A stretch of 40,116 bases of DNA from an uncultured Bacteroidaceae bacterium. GTDB taxonomy: Bacteria > Bacteroidota > Bacteroidia > Bacteroidales > DTU049. Positions 27,076 through 39,406 of this stretch are shown one piece after another. Location: contig CAZJOL010000002.1 in the NCBI GenBank assembly GCA_964547605.1, positions 1-40,116 of the forward strand. Reading direction: 5' to 3'. The notes beneath the pieces were generated by a model. That model made no database searches. It was not told the origin of the DNA and saw nothing but the letters and a program-made list of their open reading frames with translations. Positions within the stretch are counted from its first letter, which is position 1, and each line of letters starts with the position of its first letter. A program made the translations under genes and the position numbers.

Positions 27076-27083
27076 TACCTTTG
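27076..27083 (+). promoter_or_regulatory. Bacteroidota -7 promoter box TACCTTTG upstream of rpsL
   Basis: Exact TAnnTTTG match, with 49 nt between the box and the rpsL ATG. A small CCCAA-aaaaa-TTGGG hairpin lies in the leader. Confidence 0.5.
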
Positions 27084-27132
27084 CAGTCCCAAAAAAATTG
27101 GGGTAACTAAACTGTAAATAAATCGTTATTGT

Positions 27133-27513
27133 ATGCCGACAATACAACAATTGGTTCGTAAAGGCCGCAAGGAACTTAAGTATAAGAGCAAGAGTCCTGC
27201 GTTAGCATCCTGCCCGCAGCGTCGTGGCGTATGTACCCGTGTGTATACCACCACTCCAAAGAAGCCGAATTCGGCTATGCGTAAAGTGGCCAGGGTTCGT
27301 TTAACCAATCAGTTCGAAGTAACCGCCTATATTCCGGGCGAAGGACACAATCTGCAGGAACATAGCATCGTGCTGGTTCGTGGTGGCAGGGTGAAAGACC
27401 TTCCGGGTGTTCGTTATCACATCGTTCGTGGTGCACTTGATACTGCTGGTGTCGAAGGACGTCTGCAGCGCCGCTCGAAATACGGAGCCAAAAGACCGAA
27501 GAAAAAAGCATAA
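27133..27513 (+). CDS. rpsL: 30S ribosomal protein S12
   Basis: [12 protein letters not shown]...[16 protein letters not shown]... Confidence 0.97.
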   Translation: MPTIQQLVRKGRKELKYKSKSPALASCPQRRGVCTRVYTTTPKKPNSAMRKVARVRLTNQFEVTAYIPGEGHNLQEHSIVLVRGGRVKDLPGVRYHIVRGALDTAGVEGRLQRRSKYGAKRPKKKA

Positions 27514-27533
27514 TTGAATAATATCGGTTCGAT

Positions 27534-28001
27534 ATGAGAAAATCAAAACCAAAAAAGAGAATCATTCTCCCGGATCCAAAATTTGGCGACCAGCTGGTGA
27601 CCAAATTTGTAAACAATCTGATGTATAGCGGAAAGAAAAACGCTTCATATCAGATTTTTTACGATGCCATTGATCAGATTGCTGATAAATCAAAGGAGAA
27701 TGGACTCGAAGTGTTTAAAAAAGCACTTGAAAACGTAACCCCTTCTGTCGAGGTTCGCAGCCGTCGTATTGGTGGTGCCACCTTCCAGATTCCTTCCGAA
27801 ATCCGTCCGGAGCGTAAAAGCAGCATCGGTATGAAAAACCTGATCGCTTTTGCACGTAAACGCCACGAAAAATCAATGGCCTCAAAACTGGCTGCTGAAG
27901 TTCTCGCTGCTTACAAAGAAGAAGGTTCGGCTTACAAACGTAAAGAAGATATTCACAGAATGGCTGAAGCCAATAAGGCTTTCTCGCACTTCAGATTCTA
28001 A
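27534..28001 (+). CDS. rpsG: 30S ribosomal protein S7
   Basis: ..[16 protein letters not shown].. and operon position after rpsL. Confidence 0.96.
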   Translation: MRKSKPKKRIILPDPKFGDQLVTKFVNNLMYSGKKNASYQIFYDAIDQIADKSKENGLEVFKKALENVTPSVEVRSRRIGGATFQIPSEIRPERKSSIGMKNLIAFARKRHEKSMASKLAAEVLAAYKEEGSAYKRKEDIHRMAEANKAFSHFRF

Positions 28002-28009
28002 CCTTTTTC

Positions 28010-30109
28010 ATGACAGACCTGAATCAGATACGGAATATAGGCATTATGGCTCACATCGACGCTGGTAAAACAACGACGACTGAGCGTATTCTGTATTATT
28101 CAGGAATCAATTATGAAATCGGTGAAGTGGATGACGGCGCGGCCACCATGGACTGGATGATTCAGGAGCAGGAACGCGGCATCACGATAACATCGGCTGC
28201 CACGACTGTTTATTGGGTCACCAATAATGAAAAGTATCAGGTCAATGTGATCGATACCCCGGGCCATGTCGATTTTACAGTAGAAGTCGAGCGTTCGCTT
28301 CGCGTACTTGATGGTGCCATTGCCGTTTTCTGTGCTGTGGGCGCCGTTCAGCCGCAGAGCGAAACCGTCTGGAAACAGGCCAACCACTATCATGTACCGC
28401 GCATTTGCTACGTGAATAAAATGGATCGTCAGGGTGCCGATTTCCTGAGAGTGGTTACTCAGATCCGTGAAAAACTCAGGGCAAACCCGATTGTAGTTCA
28501 ACTGCCCATTGGTGTTGAAGACTCATTCACCGGAGTGGTTGATCTGATCGAGAACAAAGCATTCATCTGGGATGATGAGAGTCTGGGAAAGGATTTTTCA
28601 GAAATTGCAATCCCGGCCGACATGCTGGAAATGGTGGAGGAATACAGACTCAAACTGATAGAAGGTGCCGCCGAGGAAGATCCGGAATTGCTTGAAAGGT
28701 ATATGGAGAATCCGGCGTCAATCTCGGCAGATGACATCAGAAAACAACTCCGTAAAGCCACGCTTGAGAGCAGGGCTTTTCCTGTTTTTTGCGGATCCTC
28801 ATTCAAAAACAAAGGTGTTCAGACCCTTCTTGATGGTGTAATCCATTATCTTCCGTCTCCTGTAGAAATGGAAGAAATTGAAGGGATCAATCCAAAGACC
28901 GAAGAAAAAGAATCGAGAAGCAATTCTGTAGATGCTCCTTTCTGTGCACTGGTTTTCAAAATTGCCAACGATCCTTATGTCGGACGTCTGGCATTTACCA
29001 GGGTTTATTCCGGTTCCCTGCAATCAGGTGTGATGGCGTACAACAGCAGCACTGAGCAGAAAGAACGCGTTTCGCGTCTGATCCGGATGCACTCCAACAA
29101 ACAGAACCCCATTGATTCCGTTGAAGCAGGTGACATTTGCGCCATCATCGGTCTCAGAAATATTCATACCGGCGACACACTGTGCGACGAAAAACATCCA
29201 ATCATTCTTGAATCAATGGATTTCCCGGAACCGGTTGTCAGCATCGCCATTGAACCAAAGACGCAGAACGATCTCGATAAATTAAATGTTTCGCTCCAGA
29301 AAATTGCTGAAGAAGATCCGACTTTCACCATCCGTCAGGATGATGAAACCGGACAAACAATCATCAGCGGGATGGGCGAGTTGCACCTTGATATTATCGT
29401 TGATCGTTTGAAACGTGAATCAAAAGTTGAATGCACCCTTGGAAAACCGCAGGTTGCCTATCGCGAAGCTGTCGGTGGCACAATAACACATCGCGAAACT
29501 TACCGCAAGCAGGCAAGTGGCCGTGGCCGCTTTGCTGAAATTGAAATTGTGGTTTCGCCTGCACCCATCGATCAGAAAGGACTGCAATTTGTCAACAGCA
29601 CCAAAGCAAGTGTGTTGTCGAAAGAATTTGTAGCCGCCGTTGAAAAAGGCATTAAAGCAGCCATGGGCACAGGTGTGATGGCGGGATATCCTGTCTATTG
29701 CGCCAAAGTTGAACTGGTTGATGCCGTCATGTCGTCTGAAAGCGATGCGTTGTCTTTTGAAATCTGCGGAACCATTGCTTTTAAGGAAGCAACCCGCAAA
29801 ATCAGATGCAACCTTCTTGAGCCGATCATGAAGCTTGAAGTTGATACACCGGAAGAGTATGTCGGAGATGTGACCGGTGACATCAACCGCCGCAGAGGTG
29901 AGATAACAGGAATTGAAGCCCAGGTTTATTCAACCGCCGTGAAAGCCATCATTCCTCTTGGAGAAACTTTCGGATACATTACCTCTTTGCGCAGTCTTAC
30001 TTCAGGACGCGCAAACATGAGCATGGAATTTTCGCACTACAGCATAACACCCAACGAGCTGGCGCAGGATATCATTTTCAAAATGAAAGGTATTCGCGTC
30101 ACCTTATAA
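28010..30109 (+). CDS. fusA: Elongation factor G
   Basis: G1 [16 protein letters not shown]3 DTPGHVDF, G4 NKMD. 699 aa. Position after rpsG. Confidence 0.97.
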   Translation: MTDLNQIRNIGIMAHIDAGKTTTTERILYYSGINYEIGEVDDGAATMDWMIQEQERGITITSAATTVYWVTNNEKYQVNVIDTPGHVDFTVEVERSLRVLDGAIAVFCAVGAVQPQSETVWKQANHYHVPRICYVNKMDRQGADFLRVVTQIREKLRANPIVVQLPIGVEDSFTGVVDLIENKAFIWDDESLGKDFSEIAIPADMLEMVEEYRLKLIEGAAEEDPELLERYMENPASISADDIRKQLRKATLESRAFPVFCGSSFKNKGVQTLLDGVIHYLPSPVEMEEIEGINPKTEEKESRSNSVDAPFCALVFKIANDPYVGRLAFTRVYSGSLQSGVMAYNSSTEQKERVSRLIRMHSNKQNPIDSVEAGDICAIIGLRNIHTGDTLCDEKHPIILESMDFPEPVVSIAIEPKTQNDLDKLNVSLQKIAEEDPTFTIRQDDETGQTIISGMGELHLDIIVDRLKRESKVECTLGKPQVAYREAVGGTITHRETYRKQASGRGRFAEIEIVVSPAPIDQKGLQFVNSTKASVLSKEFVAAVEKGIKAAMGTGVMAGYPVYCAKVELVDAVMSSESDALSFEICGTIAFKEATRKIRCNLLEPIMKLEVDTPEEYVGDVTGDINRRRGEITGIEAQVYSTAVKAIIPLGETFGYITSLRSLTSGRANMSMEFSHYSITPNELAQDIIFKMKGIRVTL

Positions 30110-30139
30110 TTAAGATGTCAAACTGAAAAATCATATACA

Positions 30140-30448
30140 GTGAGCCAGAAAATCAGAATTAAACTCAAATCGTACGATCACTATCTCGTGGACAAATCAG
30201 CCGAGAAGATTGTGAAGATTGTGAAGGCAACGAATGCCGTTGTTAACGGACCTATTCCCCTTCCGACAGACAAGAAATTTTTCACAGTAAACCGCTCGAC
30301 GTTCGTGAACAAGAAAGCCCGCGAACAGTTCCAGCTTTTTACCTACAAAAGACTGATCGACATCTATTACAATCAGCAGTCGAAAACCATTGACGAGCTG
30401 ATGAAACTCGAATTGCCGCGCGGAGTGGAAATCGAGATCAAAGTGTAA
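30140..30448 (+). CDS. rpsJ: 30S ribosomal protein S10 (GTG start)
   Basis: [22 protein letters not shown]...; the codon at 30140 is GTG. Confidence 0.95.
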   Translation: MSQKIRIKLKSYDHYLVDKSAEKIVKIVKATNAVVNGPIPLPTDKKFFTVNRSTFVNKKAREQFQLFTYKRLIDIYYNQQSKTIDELMKLELPRGVEIEIKV

Positions 30449-30470
30449 CTACTAAAACAAAATAAATAAC

Positions 30471-31100
30471 ATGTCAGGTTTAATTGGAAAAAAAATCGGA
30501 ATGACCAGCTTTCACGAGGCCTCTGGGAAGATAGTCCCATGCACAGTTATTGAAGCGGGTCCTTGTGTCGTGACTCAGGTCAAGACCAAGCAGACTGACG
30601 GTTACGATGCCATCCAGCTTGCTTTTGATGAAAGAAAAGAGAAAAACACTTCGAATGCCATGATGGGCCATTTTAAAAAGGCCGGCACAACCCCGAAGAA
30701 ATTCGTGATGGAATTCACTCGTTTTGAGGAAGGTCATCAGAAAAGTCTGGGTGATGTGCTTCAGGCCGATGTATTTGTTGAAGGCGAATACATTGATGTT
30801 GTTGGTTTTTCGAAAGGAAAAGGATTTCAGGGCGTTGTGAAACGTCATGGATTCAAGGGTGTCAATCAGCAGACACACGGTCAGCACAACCGTGGCCGTG
30901 CACCCGGATCAATCGGAGCATCATCTTATCCAAGCCGCGTATTTAAAGGTATGCGCATGGCCGGTCAGGATGGCAACAGCAGGGTTAAACAAATTAACCT
31001 TCAGATAGTGAAAATAATTCCGGAAAAGAATCTTGTTCTTATTAAAGGTTCGGTTCCCGGTGCGAACGGCTCATATGTAATTCTGGAAAGATGGAAGTAA
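30471..31100 (+). CDS. rplC: 50S ribosomal protein L3
   Basis: [10 protein letters not shown]...[13 protein letters not shown].. Confidence 0.96.
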   Translation: MSGLIGKKIGMTSFHEASGKIVPCTVIEAGPCVVTQVKTKQTDGYDAIQLAFDERKEKNTSNAMMGHFKKAGTTPKKFVMEFTRFEEGHQKSLGDVLQADVFVEGEYIDVVGFSKGKGFQGVVKRHGFKGVNQQTHGQHNRGRAPGSIGASSYPSRVFKGMRMAGQDGNSRVKQINLQIVKIIPEKNLVLIKGSVPGANGSYVILERWK

Positions 31101-31729
31101 AAGTATATAACACCAACGGAAAAGAAAGCAGCAAGACTGCTGTTCTTAAGGATGAGATCTTCGCGATCCAGCCAAACGACCATGCTATTTACCTTGATGT
31201 TAAGAGAATCCAGGCCGACAAACGGCAGGGAACAGCTGACAGTACGGAGCGCAGCACGCTGAGTGGAAGTACCCGTAAGCTTTTCCGTCAGAAAGGTACG
31301 GGCGGTGCCCGCCGTGGCGACATCAAATCACCGCTGCTTCATGGTGGAGCACGCGTATTTGGTCCGCACCCACGCGACTATAATTTTAAGGTAAACAAGA
31401 AAGTTCAGCAACTTGCCCGCAAGAGCGCTTTGACCTATAAAGCCATCGATGGTGCCATCCGCGTGATCGAGAACTTTGATTTCGAGGCTCCAAAGACAAG
31501 CCAGATGCTTGAAATTCTGAAAAATTTCGAAACTTCAGAAAAAAAATCTTTGATAGTGTTGGATGAATCAAAGAAAAACGTATATTTGTCCTCCCGAAAT
31601 TTGAAGAAGGTCAAGGTCATAAACGCCTCAAAATTAAACACATACGATATCTTGAATGCTGAGATCGTATTGATTTCCGAAGCAAGTTTGCCTCAACTGG
31701 ACACAATTTTTCTTGGAGAAGCTGAATAA
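31091..31729 (+). CDS. rplD: 50S ribosomal protein L4
   Basis: ..[27 protein letters not shown]..; 10-nt overlap with rplC. Confidence 0.95.
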   Translation: MEVKVYNTNGKESSKTAVLKDEIFAIQPNDHAIYLDVKRIQADKRQGTADSTERSTLSGSTRKLFRQKGTGGARRGDIKSPLLHGGARVFGPHPRDYNFKVNKKVQQLARKSALTYKAIDGAIRVIENFDFEAPKTSQMLEILKNFETSEKKSLIVLDESKKNVYLSSRNLKKVKVINASKLNTYDILNAEIVLISEASLPQLDTIFLGEAE

Positions 31730-31762
31730 TGACGTCAGGAATGACACTAAAAAATTGAAAAA

Positions 31763-32053
31763 ATGGACGTATTAATAAGACCATTGGTAACAGAAAAGAT
31801 GACAGCTAAGAATACTGAGCTGAATCAGTTTGGTTTTATCGTTGCAAAGCGTGCCAACAAGATTCAGATAAAGGAAGCTGTTGAATCTTTGTATAGTGTT
31901 AAAGTTCTTGAGGTCAATACAATGGTGTATGCCGGTAAACGTAAATTCCGCGGAACCCGCAGAGGATATGTTCATGGACGCACCAACGCATTCAAGAAAG
32001 CTATTGTGACTTTAAAAGAAGGAGAAAAAATTGACTTTTACAGTAACGTATAA
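31763..32053 (+). CDS. rplW: 50S ribosomal protein L23
   Basis: ..LIRPLVTEKMT.. and operon position. Confidence 0.93.
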   Translation: MDVLIRPLVTEKMTAKNTELNQFGFIVAKRANKIQIKEAVESLYSVKVLEVNTMVYAGKRKFRGTRRGYVHGRTNAFKKAIVTLKEGEKIDFYSNV

Positions 32054-32068
32054 AACAAAACAGACTGC

Positions 32069-32890
32069 ATGGGACTGAAGAAATTTAAACCGACAACTCC
32101 CGGTCAACGTTTTAAACTGGTGAGTTCGTTCGAGGAAGTAACGGCAGCGGCTCCGGAAAAAAGCCTGGTAGTTCCCAATAAAAAGACCGGTGGAAGAAAC
32201 AACACCGGAAAGAGAACGATGCGCTACATCGGTGGTGGACACAAAAAGATGTATCGTTTGATCGATTTCAAAAGGGAAAAAGAAGGCATCCCGGCAACCG
32301 TTAAAACCATAGAATACGATCCGAATCGTAGTGCACGTATCGCTTTGCTGTTTTACAAAGACGGCGAAAAGCGTTATATCATCGCTCCACAGGGTTTGAA
32401 AGTAGGACAGGAAATTCTTTCCGGTAAAGGCGTAGCTCCTGAAATCGGAAACACTTTATATTTAAGTGAAATTCCTTTCGGAACAGTAATTCACAACATT
32501 GAGCTCAACCCCGGACAGGGTGGCAAGCTTGCACGCAGCGCAGGTTCATATGCTCAGCTTCTTTCACGTGACGGCAAATATGCTGTTGTGAAGATGCCGA
32601 GTGGTGAAACCCGCCTGATTCTGCAATCATGCCGCGCAACCGTTGGAACTGTTTCGAATACTGAACATAACCTCGAAGTTAGCGGAAAAGCAGGTCGCAG
32701 CCGTTGGCAGGGCCGCCGTCCGCGTAACCGTGGTGTGGCCATGAACCCTGTCGATCACCCGATGGGTGGAGGTGAAGGCCGTCAGTCCGGAGGTCATCCT
32801 CGTTCGCGCAAAGGTATTCCTGCAAAGGGATACAAGACACGCAGAAAGAAGGCTTCTGACAATTTAATCATTGAACGTCGTAAAAAATAA
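32069..32890 (+). CDS. rplB: 50S ribosomal protein L2
   Basis: ..[15 protein letters not shown]...[14 protein letters not shown].. Confidence 0.97.
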   Translation: MGLKKFKPTTPGQRFKLVSSFEEVTAAAPEKSLVVPNKKTGGRNNTGKRTMRYIGGGHKKMYRLIDFKREKEGIPATVKTIEYDPNRSARIALLFYKDGEKRYIIAPQGLKVGQEILSGKGVAPEIGNTLYLSEIPFGTVIHNIELNPGQGGKLARSAGSYAQLLSRDGKYAVVKMPSGETRLILQSCRATVGTVSNTEHNLEVSGKAGRSRWQGRRPRNRGVAMNPVDHPMGGGEGRQSGGHPRSRKGIPAKGYKTRRKKASDNLIIERRKK

Positions 32891-32902
32891 CAGGGATACA
32901 CT

Positions 32903-33172
32903 ATGAGTCGCTCATTGAAAAAAGGTCCTTACGTGCACCACAAACTCGAGAAACGAGTTATCGAAGCACAGAAATCCAGTAAAAAGGTGACCATCAACAC
33001 CTGGTCACGCGCATCAGTAATCACACCTGATTTTGTAGGCGCAACCATTGGAGTTCACAACGGAAACAAATTCATTCCCGTGTATGTTACCGAAAACATG
33101 GTGGGTCACAAGCTTGGGGAATTTTCTCCAACCCGCATTTTCCGTGGTCATGCCGGTCAAAACAAGAAATAA
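32903..33172 (+). CDS. rpsS: 30S ribosomal protein S19
   Basis: [11 protein letters not shown]...[11 protein letters not shown]. Confidence 0.96.
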   Translation: MSRSLKKGPYVHHKLEKRVIEAQKSSKKVTINTWSRASVITPDFVGATIGVHNGNKFIPVYVTENMVGHKLGEFSPTRIFRGHAGQNKK

Positions 33173-33191
33173 TCATTAAAAGGTAATTGTC

Positions 33192-33620
33192 ATGGGAGCA
33201 AGAAAACGGATAAGTGCCGACAAGCGTAAGGAAGCCCGTAAAGAGCAGTACACTGCAAAGCTGACGGGTTGCCCCATCACTCCGCGCAAAATGCGCCCGG
33301 TGGCCAATCTGGTCAGGGGTAAAAACGCCGATATCGCACTGGCTATTTTGAAGACATCGTCAAATTCGTCGTCAGACTATTTGTATAAACTGCTTACATC
33401 AGCCATCAATAACTGGCAGCAGAAAACTGAGAATAAAATCAGAATGGAAGAAGCCGGTCTGTATGTAAAGAACATCAATGTAGATGGTGGTCGCATGCTT
33501 AAACGCATTCAGCCTGCTCCTCAGGGCCGGGCTCACCGCATCAAAAAGCGTTCGAACCATGTTACCATTGAGCTTGGTAGCAGAGCAGAAGAAGTAACTA
33601 ATGTTGAAACACAAGAATAA
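33192..33620 (+). CDS. rplV: 50S ribosomal protein L22 (with basic N-terminal extension)
   Basis: ..[16 protein letters not shown].. and operon position. Confidence 0.93.
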   Translation: MGARKRISADKRKEARKEQYTAKLTGCPITPRKMRPVANLVRGKNADIALAILKTSSNSSSDYLYKLLTSAINNWQQKTENKIRMEEAGLYVKNINVDGGRMLKRIQPAPQGRAHRIKKRSNHVTIELGSRAEEVTNVETQE

Positions 33621-33628
33621 AGAGCAGA

Positions 33629-34399
33629 ATGGGACAAAAAACTAATCCTATAGGCAACAGACTTGGTATTACCCGCGGATGGGACTCCATCTGGTACGGT
33701 GGTAAAACTTTCGGAGAAAAGCTTGTCGAAGACGATAAGGTTCGTAAGTATCTCAACGTACGTCTGGCTAAAGCCAATGTTTCAAAAATATTCATTGAGC
33801 GCAGTGTTAAGCTTGTGACTGTTACCATTCATACTGCAAAACCTGGTTTCATCATCGGTCAGAAAGGTAAGGATGTTGATGAGCTCCGCGAAGAGTTGAA
33901 GAAAATCACTCAGAAGGAAGTTCAGATCAATATTTCTGAGATCAAACGCCCCGAAGTGGAAGCCGTTCTGGTTGCAAACAACATTGCACGTCAGATCGAA
34001 GGCCGCATGTCGCACCGTAAAGCCATCAAAACCGCTGTCGCAGCAACCATGCGTATGGGTGCCGAAGGCATGAAGGTGACCATTTCCGGTCGTATCGGAG
34101 GAGCTGAAATGAGCCGTACTGAGCATTACAAGGAAGGTCGTACTCCGCTGCATACCCTGCGCGCTGATATCGACTATGCCCGCTCCGAAGCTCACACCAC
34201 TTATGGCCGTCTTGGTATCAAAGTGTGGATCTGCAAAGGTGAAATGTTTGGCAAACCTGATTTCTACGGAATCGAAGCACCGAAAACCGACAAGAACAAA
34301 CGTCGCGGTGACAGACCTGATCGTGGAAGCGACCGTGGTGGCCAGCGTCCTGGTGGATTCAACAAACCGAGAGGTAAAAAGAATAACTCTAATCAATAA
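33629..34399 (+). CDS. rpsC: 30S ribosomal protein S3 (with basic Arg/Gly-rich C-terminal extension)
   Basis: [14 protein letters not shown]...; KH domain region. Confidence 0.96.
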   Translation: MGQKTNPIGNRLGITRGWDSIWYGGKTFGEKLVEDDKVRKYLNVRLAKANVSKIFIERSVKLVTVTIHTAKPGFIIGQKGKDVDELREELKKITQKEVQINISEIKRPEVEAVLVANNIARQIEGRMSHRKAIKTAVAATMRMGAEGMKVTISGRIGGAEMSRTEHYKEGRTPLHTLRADIDYARSEAHTTYGRLGIKVWICKGEMFGKPDFYGIEAPKTDKNKRRGDRPDRGSDRGGQRPGGFNKPRGKKNNSNQ

Positions 34400-34411
34400 T
34401 ACGGAAGAGTC

Positions 34412-34834
34412 ATGTTACAGCCAAAGAAAACTAAATTCAGAAGAGTCCAGAAGGACAAAATGAAAGGCAATGCCAAACGTGGTCATCAGCTTGCATTTGG
34501 TTCATTCGGACTTAAAACCATGGAAGAAGCATGGATTACGGGACGTCAGATTGAAGCTGCCCGTCAGGCTCTTACCCGTTATATGAAACGTGAAGGACAG
34601 ATCTGGATCCGCATATTCCCTGACAAACCTGTTACCAAGAAGCCTGCTGAAGTGCGTATGGGTAAAGGTAAGGGAGCTCCCGAATATTTCGTTGCCCCGA
34701 TTACTCCCGGCCGCATCATGTTCGAAGCCGAAGGTGTATCACTCGAAGTGGCAAAGGAAGCATTGCGTCTTGCAGCTCAGAAACTGCCGGTGAAAACCAA
34801 ATTTGTTGTACGCCGTGATTATAGCGAAGCATAG
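34412..34834 (+). CDS. rplP: 50S ribosomal protein L16
   Basis: [14 protein letters not shown]...RMGKGKG.. Confidence 0.96.
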   Translation: MLQPKKTKFRRVQKDKMKGNAKRGHQLAFGSFGLKTMEEAWITGRQIEAARQALTRYMKREGQIWIRIFPDKPVTKKPAEVRMGKGKGAPEYFVAPITPGRIMFEAEGVSLEVAKEALRLAAQKLPVKTKFVVRRDYSEA

Positions 34835-34853
34835 TTCATAAAACAGAAATGCC

Positions 34854-35051
34854 ATGAAGACAGAAGTAATCAAAGAAATGACCACGGATGAACTGAAAGA
34901 GCGCCTGACCGAAGAGAAAAAGCAGGTTGCCAAACTTCAGATGAACCATGCAGTGAACCCGCTGGATAACCCTGGCGTGATCGGACAAACAAAGAAAACC
35001 ATCGCACGTATCCAAACGGAACTGCGTAAACGTGAATTGGAAATCAAGTAA
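34854..35051 (+). CDS. rpmC: 50S ribosomal protein L29
   Basis: 65 aa, ..EMTTDELKERL.., operon position. Confidence 0.9.
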   Translation: MKTEVIKEMTTDELKERLTEEKKQVAKLQMNHAVNPLDNPGVIGQTKKTIARIQTELRKRELEIK

Positions 35052-35063
35052 TTTTTCAGCATA

Positions 35064-35318
35064 ATGGAAAGAAACTTACGTAAAGAGCGAATCGGTGTAG
35101 TGACCAGCAACAAGATGGATAAGTCTGCTGTTGTATTGGTTGAACGTCGTCTCATGCACCCCAAGTATGGTAAGTTCATTAAAAAGACTACCAAATTTGT
35201 GGCTCATGATGAGAAGAACGAATGCACAATCGGGGACAAGGTCCGCATAATGGAAACCCGCCCTCTGAGCAAAACAAAACGCTGGAGACTTGTTGAAATA
35301 ATTGAAAAGGCTAAATAA
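35064..35318 (+). CDS. rpsQ: 30S ribosomal protein S17
   Basis: ..[19 protein letters not shown].. and operon position. Confidence 0.94.
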   Translation: MERNLRKERIGVVTSNKMDKSAVVLVERRLMHPKYGKFIKKTTKFVAHDEKNECTIGDKVRIMETRPLSKTKRWRLVEIIEKAK

Positions 35319-35320
35319 CC

Positions 35321-35689
35321 ATGATACAGCAGGAATCAAGACTCAATGTAGCTGACAACAGCGGTGCCAAAGAAGTTCTTTGCATCCGTGTCCTGGGCGG
35401 TACCAAACGTCGGTATGCTTCTGTGGGAGACAAAATCATCGTTTCGGTGAAAGATGCCATCCCTTCAGGAAACATCAAAAAAGGTACTGTATCCAAAGCA
35501 GTTGTTGTTCGCACCAAAAAAGAAATACGCCGTCCCGACGGTTCATATATCCGCTTTGACGATAATGCAGTTGTGCTGCTTACCGCAACGGATGAATTGC
35601 GCGGAACCCGTATTTTCGGCCCCGTGCCCCGCGAACTGCGCGACAAACAGTATATGAAAATTGTTTCACTTGCCCCTGAGGTATTATAA
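35321..35689 (+). CDS. rplN: 50S ribosomal protein L14
   Basis: [18 protein letters not shown].. Confidence 0.97.
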   Translation: MIQQESRLNVADNSGAKEVLCIRVLGGTKRRYASVGDKIIVSVKDAIPSGNIKKGTVSKAVVVRTKKEIRRPDGSYIRFDDNAVVLLTATDELRGTRIFGPVPRELRDKQYMKIVSLAPEVL

Positions 35690-35700
35690 TTCGCAGCGCT

Positions 35701-36021
35701 ATGAAAGTGAAAATTAAAATTAAAAAAGGCGACACTGTGAAGGTGATTTCCGGTAATGATCGCGGCACAGAAGGCCGTGTTCTGGAAGTTTTCCCGGATT
35801 CAAACACTGCCATAGTGGAAGGTGTCAAGGTTGTTTCAAAGCACAGCCGCCCGTCAGCAAAAAACTCCAAAGGCGGTATTGTTAAAAAGGAAGCTCCCAT
35901 CAACATCTCTAATCTGATGCTGGTTGACAAATCAGGAAAGGTTACCCGCGTGGGTCGTCAGGTGAAAGAAGATGGTACAATCGTAAGATATTCCAAAAAA
36001 TCAAAGGAGGAAATTAAGTAA
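35701..36021 (+). CDS. rplX: 50S ribosomal protein L24
   Basis: ..[16 protein letters not shown].. KOW motif. Confidence 0.94.
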   Translation: MKVKIKIKKGDTVKVISGNDRGTEGRVLEVFPDSNTAIVEGVKVVSKHSRPSAKNSKGGIVKKEAPINISNLMLVDKSGKVTRVGRQVKEDGTIVRYSKKSKEEIK

Positions 36022-36572
36022 TGGCTTACATTCCGCGATTAAGAGAAAAATACGACAAGGAAATTGTTCCCGCTCTCATGCAGGAATTCCAGTTCAAGAC
36101 AGTCATGCAGGTGCCAAAGCTCCTCAAGATTTCTGTCAACCAGGGTGTTGGCGGTGCTGTTACCGACAAGAAACTCATTGATTTTGCAGTGGACGAAATG
36201 ACCAATATCACCGGTCAGAAAGCTGTTCAGACCAAATCGAGAAAAGACATTTCAAACTTCAAGGTGCGTAAAGGCATGCCGGTTGGCGTTCGCGTTACCC
36301 TCCGTGGAAATAACATGTATGAATTCCTCGATCGTTTGATTTCGGTTTCAATTCCCCGCGTCCGCGATTTCAGAGGAATCAGCGACAAGGGTTTCGACGG
36401 CCGTGGCAATTTCACTTTCGGAGTGACTGAACAGATCATTTTCCCGGAAATCAACATTGACAAGATCAACAAGATTACCGGAATGGACATCACTTTTGTG
36501 ACTTCAGCCGCAAACGATAAAGAAGCTCATGCATTGTTAAAATCATTCGGTATACCCTTCAAAAAACACTAA
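36021..36572 (+). CDS. rplE: 50S ribosomal protein L5
   Basis: ..[16 protein letters not shown]...GMDITFVT.. Confidence 0.95.
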   Translation: MAYIPRLREKYDKEIVPALMQEFQFKTVMQVPKLLKISVNQGVGGAVTDKKLIDFAVDEMTNITGQKAVQTKSRKDISNFKVRKGMPVGVRVTLRGNNMYEFLDRLISVSIPRVRDFRGISDKGFDGRGNFTFGVTEQIIFPEINIDKINKITGMDITFVTSAANDKEAHALLKSFGIPFKKH

Positions 36573-36575
36573 GGT

Positions 36576-36845
36576 ATGGCAAAAGAATCGATGAAAGCCC
36601 GCGAAGTGAAGCGGCTGCAAATGGTTGAAAAATACGCTGCAAAGAAAGAAGCTTTGAAAGCCGCCGGTGATTTCACTGCTCTGCAGAAACTTCCCAAAAA
36701 CGCTTCGAAAATCAGACTGCACAACCGTTGCAAGCTGACCGGACGTCCAAAGGGATATATGCGCATGTTCGGAATTTCGCGCATCAACTTCAGGCAAATG
36801 GCACTGAACGGAGAAATTCCCGGAGTTAAAAAAGCAAGTTGGTAA
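36576..36845 (+). CDS. rpsN: 30S ribosomal protein S14 (long form with no CxxC pairs)
   Basis: [13 protein letters not shown]...[15 protein letters not shown]; 89 aa; a single Cys. Confidence 0.94.
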   Translation: MAKESMKAREVKRLQMVEKYAAKKEALKAAGDFTALQKLPKNASKIRLHNRCKLTGRPKGYMRMFGISRINFRQMALNGEIPGVKKASW

Positions 36846-36863
36846 AATATAAAACGATATAGA

Positions 36864-37262
36864 ATGGTAACGGATTCCATTGCAGATTTTCTGACCCGCG
36901 TAAGAAACGCCATCAAAGCCAACCACCGCATTGTGGAGGTTCCTTCCAACAAAATGCTGGTTGAACTGGCCAAGTTGTTACACGAGAACGGTTATATCCT
37001 CAATTACAAAGTTGAGGAAAGTACTATGCCAAAAACCCTCAAGGTGGCCCTCAAGTACAACCCTATTAACAAACTGTCGGCTATCACCGAGATCAAACGC
37101 GTGAGCCGCCCCGGTTTGCGTAAGTACTCTCCGTGTGATGAACTCCCGAAAGTGATGAACGGACTTGGCATTGCCATCGTCAGCACTTCGAAGGGACTCA
37201 TGACTGACAAGCAGGCCCGCAAAGAAAATGTTGGCGGCGAAGTCATTTGTTTTGTGTCATAA
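36864..37262 (+). CDS. rpsH: 30S ribosomal protein S8
   Basis: MVTDSIADFLTRVRNA.. Confidence 0.96.
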   Translation: MVTDSIADFLTRVRNAIKANHRIVEVPSNKMLVELAKLLHENGYILNYKVEESTMPKTLKVALKYNPINKLSAITEIKRVSRPGLRKYSPCDELPKVMNGLGIAIVSTSKGLMTDKQARKENVGGEVICFVS

Positions 37263-37284
37263 TTAATAACAGGAGGAATTCCAA

Positions 37285-37842
37285 ATGTCAAGGATCGGAA
37301 AAAAACAGATTGATATACCCTCAGGCGTTCAGGTGAGCGTTGCTGCCGACAATACCGTTACCGTAAAAGGGCCCAAAGGAGAACTTAAACAGCAGGTAGC
37401 CCCTGAAGTTAAGATAAGCGTTGAGGGCTCGGTACTTCATCTGAATCGTTCAAACGACGAGCAACAGGTGAGATCGTTCCACGGCTTGTATCGTTCACTG
37501 CTTGCCAACATGGTAAAAGGCGTATCCGAAGGATTCACCACAACCATGGAGCTTGTCGGTGTTGGTTACAAATGCCAGGCAAACGGACAAATGCTTGATC
37601 TCAGTCTTGGTCATTCACACAACATCTTGTTTGAATTACCCAAAGAAGTTCAGATTGAGACCATCACGGAAAAAGGTAAAAACCCAACCATTATTCTGAA
37701 GTCGCACGACAAGCAGCTGATTGGTCAGGTTGCAGCCAAAATCCGTTCGTTCCGCAAACCTGAGCCGTACAAAGGAAAAGGTGTCAGATTTCAAAATGAA
37801 GTTTTACGTCGTAAGGCTGGTAAGGCTGCTGCGGCTAAATAA
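37285..37842 (+). CDS. rplF: 50S ribosomal protein L6
   Basis: [15 protein letters not shown]... Confidence 0.96.
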   Translation: MSRIGKKQIDIPSGVQVSVAADNTVTVKGPKGELKQQVAPEVKISVEGSVLHLNRSNDEQQVRSFHGLYRSLLANMVKGVSEGFTTTMELVGVGYKCQANGQMLDLSLGHSHNILFELPKEVQIETITEKGKNPTIILKSHDKQLIGQVAAKIRSFRKPEPYKGKGVRFQNEVLRRKAGKAAAAK

Positions 37843-37856
37843 TAAAAGAGGCAACT

Positions 37857-38219
37857 ATGGCTATCAAGAGCAGAAAAGAGTTCAGCAGAAAACGCATCAA
37901 GATGCGTATCCGCAAAGTGGTTTCGGGAACCGTCGAATGTCCGCGTTTGTCAGTTTACCGCAGCTGCAAGGAAATTTATGCCCAGATTATCGATGACAAA
38001 TCGGGCAAAACACTGGCATCCGCATCATCACGCGTGAAAGGCGTTGCCGAACAGAAAGTCACAAAGACCGATAAGGCTAAACTGGTTGGTAAACTTGTAG
38101 CAGAGCGCGCTCTCGAAGCAGGAATTCAGGCAGTTGTTTTCGACCGCAACGGTTATCAGTATCACGGTAGAGTAAAAGCTTTGGCTGATGCAGCCAGAGA
38201 AGGTGGATTAAAATTCTGA
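37857..38219 (+). CDS. rplR: 50S ribosomal protein L18
   Basis: ..[15 protein letters not shown]...PRLSVYRS...[26 protein letters not shown]. Confidence 0.95.
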   Translation: MAIKSRKEFSRKRIKMRIRKVVSGTVECPRLSVYRSCKEIYAQIIDDKSGKTLASASSRVKGVAEQKVTKTDKAKLVGKLVAERALEAGIQAVVFDRNGYQYHGRVKALADAAREGGLKF

Positions 38220-38224
38220 GTAAT

Positions 38225-38743
38225 ATGGCTAACATCAGTATAAACAGAGTAAAATCGAGCGACGTTGAATTCAAGGATCGTCTCGTAAGCATTCAAAGGG
38301 TTACCAAAGTGACCAAGGGCGGTCGCACCTTCAGTTTCTCAGCCATTGTGGTTGTCGGAAACGAAGACGGTGTTGTAGGATATGGCCTTGGCAAAGCAAA
38401 GGAAGTAACCTCAGCCATCTCAAAAGGAATTGAACATGCCAAGAAAAATCTGGTCCGTGTTCCCATCCTCAAAGGAACTTTGCCTCACCAGCAGGAGGGA
38501 AAATTCGGCGGAGCTACAGTATTCCTCAAACCGGCAGCACCTGGTACCGGAGTCATCGCCGGTGGTGCTATGCGTGCCGTGCTTGAAAGTGTTGGCGTGA
38601 AAAACGTGCTTGCTAAATCCAAAGGCTCATCAAACCCGCACAATGTGGTGAAAGCTACTGTCGATGCTCTGATGAATCTTAAAGATCCCCGCATGATTGC
38701 CCAGCTCAGAGGTATTTCAATTGATAAAGTGTTTAACGGTTAA
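38225..38743 (+). CDS. rpsE: 30S ribosomal protein S5
   Basis: ..[34 protein letters not shown]. Confidence 0.96.
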   Translation: MANISINRVKSSDVEFKDRLVSIQRVTKVTKGGRTFSFSAIVVVGNEDGVVGYGLGKAKEVTSAISKGIEHAKKNLVRVPILKGTLPHQQEGKFGGATVFLKPAAPGTGVIAGGAMRAVLESVGVKNVLAKSKGSSNPHNVVKATVDALMNLKDPRMIAQLRGISIDKVFNG

Positions 38744-38754
38744 TCCGGAAAAAT

Positions 38755-38934
38755 ATGAAAAAAGTTCGCATTACATTAATTCAGAGTCTGATTGACCGTC
38801 CCGCTATTCAGCGCAAAAATATTCAGGCGCTTGGTCTTGGCAAAGTGCATTCGAGCGTTGAACAAGTGGCTACCCCACAGATTCTGGGTATGATCAGGAA
38901 AGTAAATCACCTGGTGAAAGTTGAAGAAATCTGA
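38755..38934 (+). CDS. rpmD: 50S ribosomal protein L30 (59 aa; absent from the supplied ORF track because it is under 60 aa)
   Basis: Hand-translated ATG 38755 to TGA 38932-38934: [59 protein letters not shown]. Fits the L30 pattern and the expected slot between rpsE and rplO. Confidence 0.9.
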   Translation: MKKVRITLIQSLIDRPAIQRKNIQALGLGKVHSSVEQVATPQILGMIRKVNHLVKVEEI

Positions 38935-38954
38935 CCTTAAAAAAACTGACAACA

Positions 38955-39401
38955 ATGGATTTAAGTAATTTAAAACCGGCAGCCGGAGCAACAAAAAGAG
39001 AAAAACGCATCGCAAGAGGCCAGGGATCAGGTCATGGTGGAACTTCCACCCGTGGTCATAAAGGTGCCCAGTCACGCAGTGGTTACAGCCGCAAGATCGG
39101 ATTCGAAGGCGGTCAGATGCCTCTGCAACGTCGTGTTCCGAAATTCGGTTTCAAAAATATCAACCGCGTTGAATACCGTGCTCTCAATATCGACATGCTG
39201 CAGGAACTGGCACAGGAAAATAAACTGCAGGAAATCACACCGGAAGTGCTCCGCGCTCATGGTCTGATTTCGAAAAACGATATCGTGAAAATCCTCGGCA
39301 GGGGAAAACTCACCATGAAACTCGATGTGAAAGCCCATGCTTTCTCAACTGCTGCCGTTAAGGCAATTGAAGAACAAGGTGGTCAAGCAATCAAAATCTA
39401 A
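38955..39401 (+). CDS. rplO: 50S ribosomal protein L15
   Basis: [35 protein letters not shown].. Confidence 0.96.
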   Translation: MDLSNLKPAAGATKREKRIARGQGSGHGGTSTRGHKGAQSRSGYSRKIGFEGGQMPLQRRVPKFGFKNINRVEYRALNIDMLQELAQENKLQEITPEVLRAHGLISKNDIVKILGRGKLTMKLDVKAHAFSTAAVKAIEEQGGQAIKI

Positions 39402-39406
39402 GTTTA

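Noticed and set aside
30110-30139. Absence of tuf between fusA and rpsJ.
   Set aside because: This is normal for Bacteroidota, where tuf sits with the tRNA-secE-nusG-rplK cluster elsewhere. It is not a deletion or rearrangement.
33782-34396. 204-aa ORF antisense to rpsC, plus other antisense ORFs within the ribosomal operon (e.g. 36543-36926, 36569-36973, 35580-35930).
   Set aside because: They are fully embedded opposite highly conserved ribosomal protein genes, have low-complexity and odd composition, and show no recognisable motifs. These are typical shadow ORFs.
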